A DNA stretch of 64,000 nt, taken from positions 1 through 64,000 of the forward strand of contig CAZPQW010000004.1 in the NCBI GenBank assembly GCA_964588985.1. Reading direction: 5' to 3'. Below the pieces are notes generated by a model. It was given only the letters and a program-made list of their open reading frames with translations, searched no databases and was not told the DNA's origin. Positions 47,918 through 57,151 of the stretch are shown in pieces. The stretch is from an uncultured Solirubrobacteraceae bacterium. Its GTDB lineage: Bacteria > Actinomycetota > Thermoleophilia > Solirubrobacterales > Solirubrobacteraceae. Each line of letters opens with the position of its first letter. Positions within the stretch are counted from its first letter, which is position 1. A program made the position numbers and the translations under genes.

Positions 47918-49009
47918 TCACGGCGAGTGCGCGAGCAGTCTCGCGGCCACCCCTTCGATGGTCTCCTCGCCGTAGGCCATCGACGGGTCGCCGTCGGTGA
48001 ACACCGCCACGCTGAAGGTCGTCCCAGGCCGCTCCAGTCGCGCGGCCTCGTTGAACAGCCCCTGCGAGGGCAGCGCGCCGGTCTTGAAGAACACCTGCCA
48101 CCGCGGTCGCGCGATCGGCGGAAAGCCCCAGCTCTGTGACGGCTCGATGCCGGCCAGGAGGCCGCGCGCGTAGGCGTAGAAGCGCCGTGGGATCAACCGT
48201 TCGAGCGCGAAGAAGAGGCGCGCCTGATCGGCGGCGCTGCTCTGCGTGTAGGCCCACCAGCCAACGCCGGGCGCATAGTCGGTCATGCCCGATTCCCGCG
48301 CCACGCGTGCGATCGCTGCGTTTCCGATGATCGCGAACACCGCCGAGGCGGCTTCGTTGTCGGAGATGTGGATCATCGGATAGAGCAACGCGTTGTCGGC
48401 GCTCGAGAGGTCGCGGTGGCGGGCGCTGAGCATCTGCAGGTAGGCGACGAGGAACATCACCTTGACGACGCTCGCGGTCTCGAAGTGCTCGCGCAGGTTC
48501 AGGCCGCTCAGCCTGCCGGTGCTGTCCATCACGGCGAAGGACGTGCGTCCCGCGCGGCTCGCGAGGAAGCCGCTCGCGGCGGCGATCGCCTCGGTCGACG
48601 GGTAGGGCTCCGCGGGCTCGCCGCTGCCTTGGCCTTCGTACTCGAGCGTCGTGCCGCGTGGACATCCCCGCTGGCCTCGCTGGAGTTTCGTTCCCGACGC
48701 CCAACCTGGGCGCAGGCAGATTCGGTAGACGAATCGCCTCGCGGGCGGGTCGAAGATCGCGCTGGCGTAGGTGAGACCGGGTGAGAGCTCGCGCGTGGAG
48801 GTGACGGCCGCGAGTCCGAACGCGTGCTTGCCGCGTGGTCTCACGAACCACGAGACCTTCGTCGGCTCGCCGCCGGCCGCCTGCACCGCGTGTCCGAGAC
48901 GGATCGCGATGCGCGTATGGCCGGGGCCGAGGTCGTGCACGCCGATCGCGGCGCTGCTGACGGCGCTGATCGGCGAGATCGAGAGCGTCGTGAGGAGCAG
49001 CGCGAGCAC
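47918..49009 (-). CDS. Serine hydrolase of class A beta-lactamase / PBP fold
   Basis: SVVK (SxxK), SDN, KTG; N-terminal signal and extra domain. Confidence 0.82.
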   Translation of the reverse strand: MLALLLTTLSISPISAVSSAAIGVHDLGPGHTRIAIRLGHAVQAAGGEPTKVSWFVRPRGKHAFGLAAVTSTRELSPGLTYASAIFDPPARRFVYRICLRPGWASGTKLQRGQRGCPRGTTLEYEGQGSGEPAEPYPSTEAIAAASGFLASRAGRTSFAVMDSTGRLSGLNLREHFETASVVKVMFLVAYLQMLSARHRDLSSADNALLYPMIHISDNEAASAVFAIIGNAAIARVARESGMTDYAPGVGWWAYTQSSAADQARLFFALERLIPRRFYAYARGLLAGIEPSQSWGFPPIARPRWQVFFKTGALPSQGLFNEAARLERPGTTFSVAVFTDGDPSMAYGEETIEGVAARLLAHSP

Positions 49010-49030
49010 GCGCGCAGATTAGTGCTTGGG

Positions 49031-51949
49031 CTAGTGCCTGAACTTCACGGTGGTGCCCGTCGCGGACTCGGGCGTGCCTTTGCGCGACGGCTTGAAGTCG
49101 ACGTTCACGGACACCTTCAGTGGATGGTGGCGGCCCAGTGACCGCAGCCCGCCGCGGGTGAGCGCGAGCTTGAACGTGACGGTCGAGGATTTGCGCACGC
49201 GCTTGCGGATCGTGTGAAGGCCCTTGCCCTTGACGGTGAGCAGCCCGCCGCCCTGCGTCCTCACCCTGAGGATCAGCTTGTGTCCTCGAACACGTCGGCT
49301 GAGGATCCGCACGCCGCACCCGAAGACGTTGATGCGGGTGTTCTGCTTGATCACGGCGCCGCTCTGCGCGGTGATCGTGGTGGGCATCGTCAGCGGCCGC
49401 AGGCAGAGATTCCCGAACGCGCTCAGCACGGAGTTCGGGGCCATGGGAAGTTCGAGCATGAAGTTGGACACGGGCACGTCCGGTATCGAGGCGAACGTCG
49501 AGGTGGTGACGCCGTGTTTGATGTCGGTGTTGCCGATGAGCACGACGCGCACGCCGTTGCCTTCGAGGATCAGGTCGAGGTCGGGAAACGCCGCGCCGCC
49601 GCGGGAGACGAGATAGGCGGGCCCGGTCATCCTCGCCGGCAGGACCGGGGTGGTGACGGTCGCGGTGCCGACCCGCGATTCGGGCGGGCAGGCGGCGGGG
49701 TTGGCGTCGAAGGTCGCGCCCACGCAGGCTTTCTGCAGTGTGCTCAGGCGCGATGGGAGCTGGATCGGCAGCGAGGCCACGATTGAGCGGATGTTCGCCT
49801 CGTGGCTGCCCTGCACGAGGCTCACTCCCAGACCGGCGCCGTTCTTTTTGGAGGTTTTGCTGCTGGTCATCGCCTTGAAGCTGGGCTTGAAGGAGAGCGA
49901 ACTGCAGCTGTTCACCTGGAATGGGCTGGTGGCCAGGGCGGTGAGGCCGAGCGTGGACGTCAGCAGTGAGTCCGTGGTGAGCGGGTTGCAGCTGGTTGGG
50001 TTGGTGAGGAATTTTTTGCGGTTGATCGTGACGGCGAGGCTCCTGAGCCTGAGCGGCACGCCGCCGCGGATCGTCGGCAGGGCGCCGGCAGCGATCACGC
50101 GTGCGGTGGTGGGGTCGACGGAGATCCCAATGCGGGTGACGATCGTGCCGAGGTTGAAGGGGCCGGCGACTGCGGCGATCGGGATCGATAGGCCGTAGGG
50201 CGCGCCGGCGTAGCGGCTCGTGAGGTAGACGGGTCCGGAGAACGCGTACGGTTCCGGGCCGGCTCCCGCGGTGGCGCTCGCCGTCCCGATCTGACTGCTA
50301 GCCGGGCATGCGCCCTGCTGAGCGAGCGGTTCCTTGCACAGCGGCACGGTTGGGATCGCGCCGACGAGGCCCGCGGGGAGCACGGTTCTCAGCCGCGATA
50401 GGTACTGCTGCCCGTCGGCTCGCCGGAGGTTGAACGTGTAGGAGGTGTATGCGCCGCCCTTGGGGCTCGTGTTCTGGGTGCTCTGTGCGAGCGAGAAGGG
50501 CAGTGGCGAGGCGCAGCCTGTGGTCACGAACGGCGTCGCGCTGAGCGCCGCCGGGGTCCCCGTGTACGGCGTGAAGAGCGCTTCGACCTGCCCGCTGCCG
50601 CACGCCAGCGGGTTGGCCAGCGGCGCTCGTGCTCCGCCTTTCAGCGTGAGGGCGAGTTCGCTGAACGGGAGCGGCGGGTTTTCGAGGAACGTGACTTCCA
50701 GTCGGCCGGTGCTCGGGTTGGGGACGACCGATCCCTTCAGCCTGACCGACACGTCGTAGATGCTCTCCGCGTCGAGGTACACGGTGTAGGGGGGCCCCGT
50801 GATCGCGCCGCTCCCGGGGTTGCCGAGGTAGACGTCGCCGCTCAGCGATTTCGCGGGCAGGTCGGTTTCGATCGCCACCGTTCCTATCGCCGACCCCGCC
50901 GGGCAGGTCACGGGGTTGCGCGTCCCGATGCCGATTTGCGCCGGCGTGCACGCTTCCAGTCCGTGCGCCGCGGAGGGGTTGAGCGTCAGCCCGTCGGGGA
51001 GCGTGACGTGGACGTCTTTGATGTCCGCCGTGTTGATTTCGCTTTCGCCCGCGTGCTGTGGGACCTTGACGACGGTGGTGGCGCCGTCGGGCTGGTCGGA
51101 GGTGGACGTTTCGGGGGTGACCGCGGCGGTCGGTTTGAACGGGACTTCGTTGCAGCCTTCGACGCCGACCGGGGTGTGGGTTTCCGTCGTCGAGACCTGG
51201 CCTTCGTAGGATTCGACTTCGAGGTAAGAGGTCGTGGTGGGCGAGCAGACGCTCGGCAGCGTGAGGAAGTTGCCCGCGCCGGCATGGCCGTCGAAGTTGA
51301 GTTTGGACTTCAGGACCGACAGGGGCACTTTGAGTTTCAAAAGCGACAGTTCGGCTTCTTTGGGGACGTTGTTGATTTCGAAGTACTCGTGGTAGGCGCC
51401 GCCGGGATGCGCGCCGCTCCAGTCGACGTGGCCTTCGAGGTAGATGTGAACGTCTGTGATCGGTTCCACGCCGGTGTCGATGCCGAACACCAACGGTAGG
51501 CCTTCGACCGGTTTGAGGTTGTAGACGTTGCCCGTGACCGTGATGTCGCCGATGCCGTCGTAGGCGACGAGTTCGGTGGTACCGACTTTGGTTTCGGAAC
51601 TGCATTTGTTTTTTTCGAATGCCGTGGGTTCGCACTGGGGCAGCGCTTCGGGATTGGCTGCAAGGCCGGCGGGCACGTCGACGCGTATCCGCTTGAGAGC
51701 GCCTTCGGGCGCTTCGCCGCTGTGGTTCAGTTCGAACGTGGTGATGCCCCACGACGGATGCCCCGCCGCCTGGGTGAAGAACACGTTCGTCGCGCTTTTG
51801 TATGTGCACGAGGGGGTCAGGCCGTTGCACGTGCCGGCTTCGAAGTTGCTTTCGGTCACGCCGAAGGACGCCTGCGCGGCCGGCGTGGCGATGGCAGCGC
51901 ACGCGCTGAGGAGCAGCGCGAGGCGCACGACGACGCGGGCATGTCTCAT
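49031..51949 (-). CDS. Large secreted protein with four Cys-paired repeat domains
   Basis: Signal peptide ending AQA; four LPxGL...C...C(P)xxSxxGT-like units; basic C-terminal domain; GGAGAGG RBS. Confidence 0.8.
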   Translation of the reverse strand: MRHARVVVRLALLLSACAAIATPAAQASFGVTESNFEAGTCNGLTPSCTYKSATNVFFTQAAGHPSWGITTFELNHSGEAPEGALKRIRVDVPAGLAANPEALPQCEPTAFEKNKCSSETKVGTTELVAYDGIGDITVTGNVYNLKPVEGLPLVFGIDTGVEPITDVHIYLEGHVDWSGAHPGGAYHEYFEINNVPKEAELSLLKLKVPLSVLKSKLNFDGHAGAGNFLTLPSVCSPTTTSYLEVESYEGQVSTTETHTPVGVEGCNEVPFKPTAAVTPETSTSDQPDGATTVVKVPQHAGESEINTADIKDVHVTLPDGLTLNPSAAHGLEACTPAQIGIGTRNPVTCPAGSAIGTVAIETDLPAKSLSGDVYLGNPGSGAITGPPYTVYLDAESIYDVSVRLKGSVVPNPSTGRLEVTFLENPPLPFSELALTLKGGARAPLANPLACGSGQVEALFTPYTGTPAALSATPFVTTGCASPLPFSLAQSTQNTSPKGGAYTSYTFNLRRADGQQYLSRLRTVLPAGLVGAIPTVPLCKEPLAQQGACPASSQIGTASATAGAGPEPYAFSGPVYLTSRYAGAPYGLSIPIAAVAGPFNLGTIVTRIGISVDPTTARVIAAGALPTIRGGVPLRLRSLAVTINRKKFLTNPTSCNPLTTDSLLTSTLGLTALATSPFQVNSCSSLSFKPSFKAMTSSKTSKKNGAGLGVSLVQGSHEANIRSIVASLPIQLPSRLSTLQKACVGATFDANPAACPPESRVGTATVTTPVLPARMTGPAYLVSRGGAAFPDLDLILEGNGVRVVLIGNTDIKHGVTTSTFASIPDVPVSNFMLELPMAPNSVLSAFGNLCLRPLTMPTTITAQSGAVIKQNTRINVFGCGVRILSRRVRGHKLILRVRTQGGGLLTVKGKGLHTIRKRVRKSSTVTFKLALTRGGLRSLGRHHPLKVSVNVDFKPSRKGTPESATGTTVKFRH

Positions 51950-52078
51950 TGGCCTCTCCAACCTCTCCGTAGCTGTGGGTCCCTCGACCCGAGGCCATCC
52001 AGGCCTCAGTGTTCTTAACGGTCCTTGCTACCCAGTTTGTTCAACCCTACGCGTCGAGTTGTTATCGACCGGGGCGTG

Positions 52079-53293
52079 TCACGCCTCGCGCGGGATGTGC
52101 GGCGCGAGCTCGCGACGGGCGATCGAGAGCTTGTGGACCTCGTCGGGGCCGTCGGCGAGACGCAGCGTGCGCAGGTGCGCGTAGGCGGTGGCGAGCCCGA
52201 AGTCTTCCGATACGCCGCCGCCGCCGTGGAGCTGGATGGCGCGGTCGAGGACCTTGAGCGCGACGTTCGGCGCGGCGACCTTGATGGCGGAGATCTCGGT
52301 GCGCGCGTGGCGGTTGCCGACGGTGTCCATCAGCCAGGCGGCCTTGAGCGTGAGCAGGCGCGCCATCTCGATCTCGATCCGCGACTCGGCTATCCAGTCG
52401 AGGACGTTGCCGCGCGTGGCGATCGGCGCTCCGAACGTGACGCGCGAGACGGCGCGTTTGCACATCGCTTCGAGCGCGCGCTCGGCGGCGCCTATGGCGC
52501 GCATGCAGTGGTGGATGCGTCCCGGACCGAGGCGCGCCTGGGCGATCATGAACCCGTCGCCCTCGCCGGCGATCAGGTTCGAGACGGGCACGCGCACGTC
52601 CTTGAAGTCGACTTCGGCGTGGCCCTCTTGGTCGTTGTAGCCGAACACCATGAGGTCGCGCACGATCGTCACGCCGGGGGTGTCCATGGGCACGAGGATC
52701 TGGCTCTGCTGCTTGTGAATGGGGCCGTCGGTCTGCGTCTTGCCCATCACGATCATGATCTTGCAGTGCGGGTGCATGGCGTTGGAGGTCCACCACTTGC
52801 GCCCGTTGAGGACGTAGTCCTCGCCGTCGCGCTCGATCCGCAGCTGGATGTTGGTGGCGTCGGAGCTGGCGACGTCGGGCTCGGTCATGGCGAAGGCGGA
52901 GCGGATCTCGCCGTCGAGCAGTGGGCGCAGCCAGCGTTCCTTCTGCTCGTCGGTGCCGAAGTGGTAGAGCACCTCCATGTTGCCGGTGTCGGGCGCGGAG
53001 CAGTTGCACGCCTCGGAGGCGATGTGCGAGCGGCCGAGCATCTCCGCGAGCGGCGCGTAGTCGGCGTTTGAGAGCCCGGCGCCGTCGTCGGGGTCGGGCA
53101 GGAACATGTTCCACAGCCCCGCCTCGCGGGCGCGCACCTTGAGCTCCTCCATGATCGCGGGCTGGTGGTGTGGGTCGCCGGACTCGCGCAGCTGGCGCTC
53201 GTAGACCTCTTCGGCGGGATAGATGTGCTCGTCCATGAAAGCGCCGAGGCGCTCCTTGAATTCGATGCAGCGCTGGCTGGGTTCGAAGTCCAT
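52079..53293 (-). CDS. Acyl-CoA dehydrogenase
   Basis: [10 protein letters not shown]; [13 protein letters not shown]; LADGPDEVH. Confidence 0.94.
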   Translation of the reverse strand: MDFEPSQRCIEFKERLGAFMDEHIYPAEEVYERQLRESGDPHHQPAIMEELKVRAREAGLWNMFLPDPDDGAGLSNADYAPLAEMLGRSHIASEACNCSAPDTGNMEVLYHFGTDEQKERWLRPLLDGEIRSAFAMTEPDVASSDATNIQLRIERDGEDYVLNGRKWWTSNAMHPHCKIMIVMGKTQTDGPIHKQQSQILVPMDTPGVTIVRDLMVFGYNDQEGHAEVDFKDVRVPVSNLIAGEGDGFMIAQARLGPGRIHHCMRAIGAAERALEAMCKRAVSRVTFGAPIATRGNVLDWIAESRIEIEMARLLTLKAAWLMDTVGNRHARTEISAIKVAAPNVALKVLDRAIQLHGGGGVSEDFGLATAYAHLRTLRLADGPDEVHKLSIARRELAPHIPREA

Positions 53294-53335
53294 CGGTCCT
53301 CCCTCGGTGACGGCGGTCACTTAGGATCATCGCGG

Positions 53336-54454
53336 ATGAGCGATCAAGGTGCGAGCTACCGCGCGGCGGGCGTGGACTACGACGCGCTCGACGCGGGCAA
53401 GCGCCTGGCGATGGCGAAGGCGCTGTCGACGTCGGGTCTGCTCGAGGCGAGGGGTGGTCGCGCGCTCGACGCGTCGAGGGGCGAGCCGGCGTTCGTGTTC
53501 GAGCTGGGCGAGCAGACCTTCGCGTTCGTGGTCGAGGGTCTCGGCACGAAGTCGATCGTGGCGCGTCACGTGCTCGAAGCGCAGGGGATCGACCGCTTCG
53601 CGGACGTGGCCTACGACACGGTGGCGGCGATCCTCAACGACCTCTGCTGCGTAGGCGCGCTGCCGCTGGTCGTGAACGCGTACTTCGCGACGGGCGCGTC
53701 GGAGTGGTACCTGCAGCAGGAGCGCTCGGCGTCGTTGCTGGAGGGCTGGCGCAGCGCGTGCGCGGACGCGGGCTGCGTGTGGGGCGGGGGAGAGTCGCCG
53801 TCGTTGCCGGGGATGCTCGCCGAGCAGGACATCGAGCTGGCGGGCGCTGCGGTCGGCGTGGTGCCCGAGGGTCATTCGGCGATCCTCGGTGACGCGCTCG
53901 CGCCGGGCGATGAGATCGTGCTGGTGGCGTCGAGCGGCCTGCACGCCAACGGCGCGTCGCTCGCGCGTCTGGTCGCGGGCAGGCTGGACGAGGGCTACGC
54001 GACGTTGCTGAGCGACGGCACGACGCTGGGGGAGGGGCTGCTGGAGCCGTCGGTGATGTACGTGCCGCTCGTCGCTGCTCTGCTCGAGCAGGAGATACCG
54101 CTGACGTACATCAGCCACGTGACCGGCCATGGTCTGCTCAAGCTGATGCGCCCGACGCGGCCGCTGACGTACCGGATCGAGCGGCTGCCGGACGTGCCTG
54201 CGGTGCTGGAGTTTCTGGTTGCGCAGGCGGGCCTGGATGGGCCGGAGGCGTATTCGACTTTTAATATGGGGACGGGTTTCGCGCTGTACTGCCCGGCGGG
54301 CGAGGGACCGCGGATCGTGGCCGTTGCAGAGGATCTGGGGCTGGTGGCGATGGTCGCGGGACGCGTGGAGGAGGGGCCGCGGCAGGTGATCCTCGAGCCG
54401 GTGGACGTGCGCTTCGAGGGGGCCCAGCTGGAGCTCTCGGTGGAGCAGGACTAA
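53336..54454 (+). CDS. purM: Phosphoribosylaminoimidazole (AIR) synthetase
   Basis: YRAAGVD; EGLGTK; SSGLHANG; HVTGHG; TFNMG. Confidence 0.88.
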   Translation: MSDQGASYRAAGVDYDALDAGKRLAMAKALSTSGLLEARGGRALDASRGEPAFVFELGEQTFAFVVEGLGTKSIVARHVLEAQGIDRFADVAYDTVAAILNDLCCVGALPLVVNAYFATGASEWYLQQERSASLLEGWRSACADAGCVWGGGESPSLPGMLAEQDIELAGAAVGVVPEGHSAILGDALAPGDEIVLVASSGLHANGASLARLVAGRLDEGYATLLSDGTTLGEGLLEPSVMYVPLVAALLEQEIPLTYISHVTGHGLLKLMRPTRPLTYRIERLPDVPAVLEFLVAQAGLDGPEAYSTFNMGTGFALYCPAGEGPRIVAVAEDLGLVAMVAGRVEEGPRQVILEPVDVRFEGAQLELSVEQD

Positions 54455-54543
54455 CCCTCTAGTCGAGCGTTACAGTTCGCAACTTTGGGCAGATTCGCGG
54501 TTTCTCGCTCGTATGCAGGGAATATGTACAGCCTTTCCGGGTG

Positions 54544-54580
54544 GTTCAAACTTGAACGCGTCGGTTGACACGGATAAGGT
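54544..54580 (+). promoter_or_regulatory. Promoter with overlapping palindrome
   Basis: TTGAAC (54552-54557), 17 nt, TAAGGT (54575-54580); palindrome GTTCAA-AC-TTGAAC at 54544-54557. Confidence 0.55.
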
Positions 54581-54716
54581 TGGGGTAGCAAGCAAGCAGA
54601 AATCGCCACTGTTCCCCGGTAGAGGACCGGGGATCTCGATGTCGCCGGACCGGCAAAGGCTCCGGAGCTACCCGGATCGAGGCGGACCTGTCCATCACAA
54701 GAGGGAGAGAATTCTG

Positions 54717-55493
54717 ATGCGCAGAGCATCCACCTGTGTTGCCGTTCTAGGCCTGGCCATGTTGGCGCTGACAAGCGCGGCATCGGCGGCGCCGACGGTC
54801 ACTTTCAAAGCAACGGCCGTTCCGATCAAGGGCTTCCCGCACACCGGCAACATCTACGGCGCCGGCGCGGCTGTCGAAGGCGTATTCACGATCAAGGGCA
54901 ACGAATATGGCGGGTTCGAGCCGCCTCTCATCGGCCTGACGGTCTACCTGCCGAAGGGCGTGAAGCTTCACACCTCCGGCTTCCCGACCTGCTCGACGCA
55001 GATCATCGAAAAAATCGAACCGGAAGCGTGCCCGAAGCAGTCCTCCGCAGGACCTCCCGGTTATGCGGACGGGTTCGTCGTGCTCGGCGAACGCGTCCCT
55101 GAGAGGGTGTCGCTGGAAAGCTTCTACGCGCCGGGCGGCGGGATCAACACGATCGTGCTCGGCCACACGCCGGCCTCGATCGAAATCGTCTCGACCGGCA
55201 CGTATTCGCACCTGAACGGCGGCGGCGGCTTTGGCCCGGTGGCGCACTTCAAAGTGCCGGAGATCGTCTCGGTGCCCGGTTCGGCCGCGGCCTCGACCGA
55301 AAAGATCGTCGCGAAGCTCGGCTCGGCGATCAAGAAAGGCAAGAAGACGCTCTACTACGGCACGATGCCGAAGAAAGGCGAATGTCACGGCCACCTCAAA
55401 GTCAAGGCGGAACTGACGTTCGCGGAAAACGGCAACGAACTCACGCCTGAGACCGTGACGACCAGTTACAACGCGCCGTGCCCCAAGAAGTAG
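54717..55493 (+). CDS. Secreted protein with a single Cys-paired domain; heads the MCE cluster
   Basis: Signal peptide ending ASA; LPKGV...FPTC...ACPKQSSAG; GGGAGAG RBS-like. Confidence 0.8.
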   Translation: MRRASTCVAVLGLAMLALTSAASAAPTVTFKATAVPIKGFPHTGNIYGAGAAVEGVFTIKGNEYGGFEPPLIGLTVYLPKGVKLHTSGFPTCSTQIIEKIEPEACPKQSSAGPPGYADGFVVLGERVPERVSLESFYAPGGGINTIVLGHTPASIEIVSTGTYSHLNGGGGFGPVAHFKVPEIVSVPGSAAASTEKIVAKLGSAIKKGKKTLYYGTMPKKGECHGHLKVKAELTFAENGNELTPETVTTSYNAPCPKK

Positions 55494-55548
55494 GCGACGG
55501 CAGGGAGTTCGCGTCCGCGAGGGCGTAAGCTCGACAGCAGCAGAGTTG

Positions 55549-55593
55549 GGCCGGGCGGCCCCGCCAAGACGGTGGGGCCGCCCGGCCTGTTGT
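55549..55593 (+). terminator. 17-bp GC hairpin (leaky terminator or mRNA stabiliser)
   Basis: GGCCGGGCGGCCCCGCC-AAGAC-GGTGGGGCCGCCCGGCC followed only by TGTTGT. Confidence 0.65.
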
Positions 55594-55614
55594 AAACGGC
55601 AAGGAAGGATCGGG

Positions 55615-57150
55615 GTGAGGAAGGAGACCGTCGGGGTGAGGGGCATGGTGGCCGGCATCGCCGGAGCCGCCGGCGTCGTCGCGCTCGCGGTCGTGGTTCT
55701 GCTCTCGCTCTCGGCCGGCGGCAACAACGGCGGCTACACGGTCCGCGCGATCTTCGACGACGCCGGCAACGTGATCGTCGGAGAGGACGTGAAGATCGAC
55801 GGCGTCAAAGTCGGCACGGTCGGCACGGTCACTCCGACGCCGCAGGCGAAGGCTGCGGTCGTCCTGAAAATCGAAAACCCCGGCTTCCAGGACTTCCGCT
55901 CCGACGCGACGTGCACCGTGCGCCCGCAGGCGCTGATCGGCGAGAAGTTCGTCGACTGCGTGCCGACCCAGCCGCGCGTTGAAGGCACGCCGCTGCCACC
56001 GGCGCTGAAGAAGATCCCCTCCGGCCAGGAAGGCGCTGGCCAGTGGCTGCTGCCGGTGACGCAGACGAGCAGCCCGGTCGACGTGGACCTGCTCGGAGAC
56101 ATCAGCCGACTCCCCGAACGCGAGCGCCTGACGCTGATCCTCAACGAATTCGGCGCCGGCCTGGCAGGGCGCGGGAGCGACCTCTCGGTGGTCATCCGCC
56201 GCGCAGACCCGGCGCTGCGTGAATTCAACAAGGTGCTCGCGATCCTCGCCAAACAGAACCACGTGCTGGCGAAACTCGCGGTCGACTCCGACAGGGCGCT
56301 CGCACCCTTCGCGGCGGTCCGCAACCGCGTGGCGCACTTCATCGTTGCGGCCAACCAGGTCTCTCAGGCCTCCGCGGCGCATCGTGGCGCGCTGGCACGC
56401 AACCTCAAAGACTTCCCGCCGTTCCTCGAACAGCTCGGCCCGGCGATGGAACGCGTCCAGAAGTTCGCCGAACAGACGATCCCCGTCGCGACCGATCTGC
56501 GTGCCGCCGCGCCGAGCGTCGACCGCGCGTTCACGAGCCTGCCGGGCTTCTCGAAGAGCTCGACGACGTTCTTCGAAGACCTCGGCAAGACCTCGAAGAA
56601 GTCAGGGCCCGCGCTGCTGGCGACGAAACCGCTGCTCGGCAAGCTGCAGGCATTGGGAGAAGCCGCTCAGCCAGCCGCCGGCAACCTCGCGCAACTGCTC
56701 GGCAGCCTGAGCAAGACGGGCGGGCTGGAGCGTCTGCTCGACTTCATCTTCCTCGGCGCGAACGCCGCCAACGGCTACGACTCGCTCGGGCACTTCCTGC
56801 GCACCGAAGGCAGCCCTTCTGCCGGGTGCCTGAACTACGCTCTCAAGCCCGGGGGCTGTTCTCGCAAGCTGTTCAGCACAGGCTCTCCGGCGAAAATCGC
56901 ATCCGCCAGCGAACCGGGCACGAGCGTCACGATGGCGCGGACGCTCGCCGTGCTCAACGGTGCCACCCCCGCGCAGGCGATCGCCAAATACCCCGGTCCG
57001 ACCACGATCGCCGCCAACCCCACCGGCACCGGCGGCTCGACCGGCACAGCTCAGCCCGTCGGCGGCTCGACCGCGGGCACCACGTACTACACCCCCTCCG
57101 AAAGCTCGGAAGCGGGCGGCCTGCTCCTCAACTACCTGCTCGGCAACTGA
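55615..57150 (+). CDS. MCE/MlaD family protein
   Basis: TM, then GEDVKIDGVKVGTV...LIGEKFVD..P, then long helical region. Confidence 0.9.
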   Translation: MRKETVGVRGMVAGIAGAAGVVALAVVVLLSLSAGGNNGGYTVRAIFDDAGNVIVGEDVKIDGVKVGTVGTVTPTPQAKAAVVLKIENPGFQDFRSDATCTVRPQALIGEKFVDCVPTQPRVEGTPLPPALKKIPSGQEGAGQWLLPVTQTSSPVDVDLLGDISRLPERERLTLILNEFGAGLAGRGSDLSVVIRRADPALREFNKVLAILAKQNHVLAKLAVDSDRALAPFAAVRNRVAHFIVAANQVSQASAAHRGALARNLKDFPPFLEQLGPAMERVQKFAEQTIPVATDLRAAAPSVDRAFTSLPGFSKSSTTFFEDLGKTSKKSGPALLATKPLLGKLQALGEAAQPAAGNLAQLLGSLSKTGGLERLLDFIFLGANAANGYDSLGHFLRTEGSPSAGCLNYALKPGGCSRKLFSTGSPAKIASASEPGTSVTMARTLAVLNGATPAQAIAKYPGPTTIAANPTGTGGSTGTAQPVGGSTAGTTYYTPSESSEAGGLLLNYLLGN

Positions 57151-57151
57151 C

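Noticed and set aside
47918-49009. Bona fide resistance beta-lactamase
   Set aside because: SxxK/SDN/KTG present but no clear omega-loop ExxLN motif; more likely a PBP-like serine hydrolase
50298-51998. Long alternative-frame and antisense ORFs here and elsewhere (e.g. 18255-19892, 61944-63785)
   Set aside because: Arg/Pro/Ala-rich shadow frames expected in very high-GC DNA, overlapping well-supported genes
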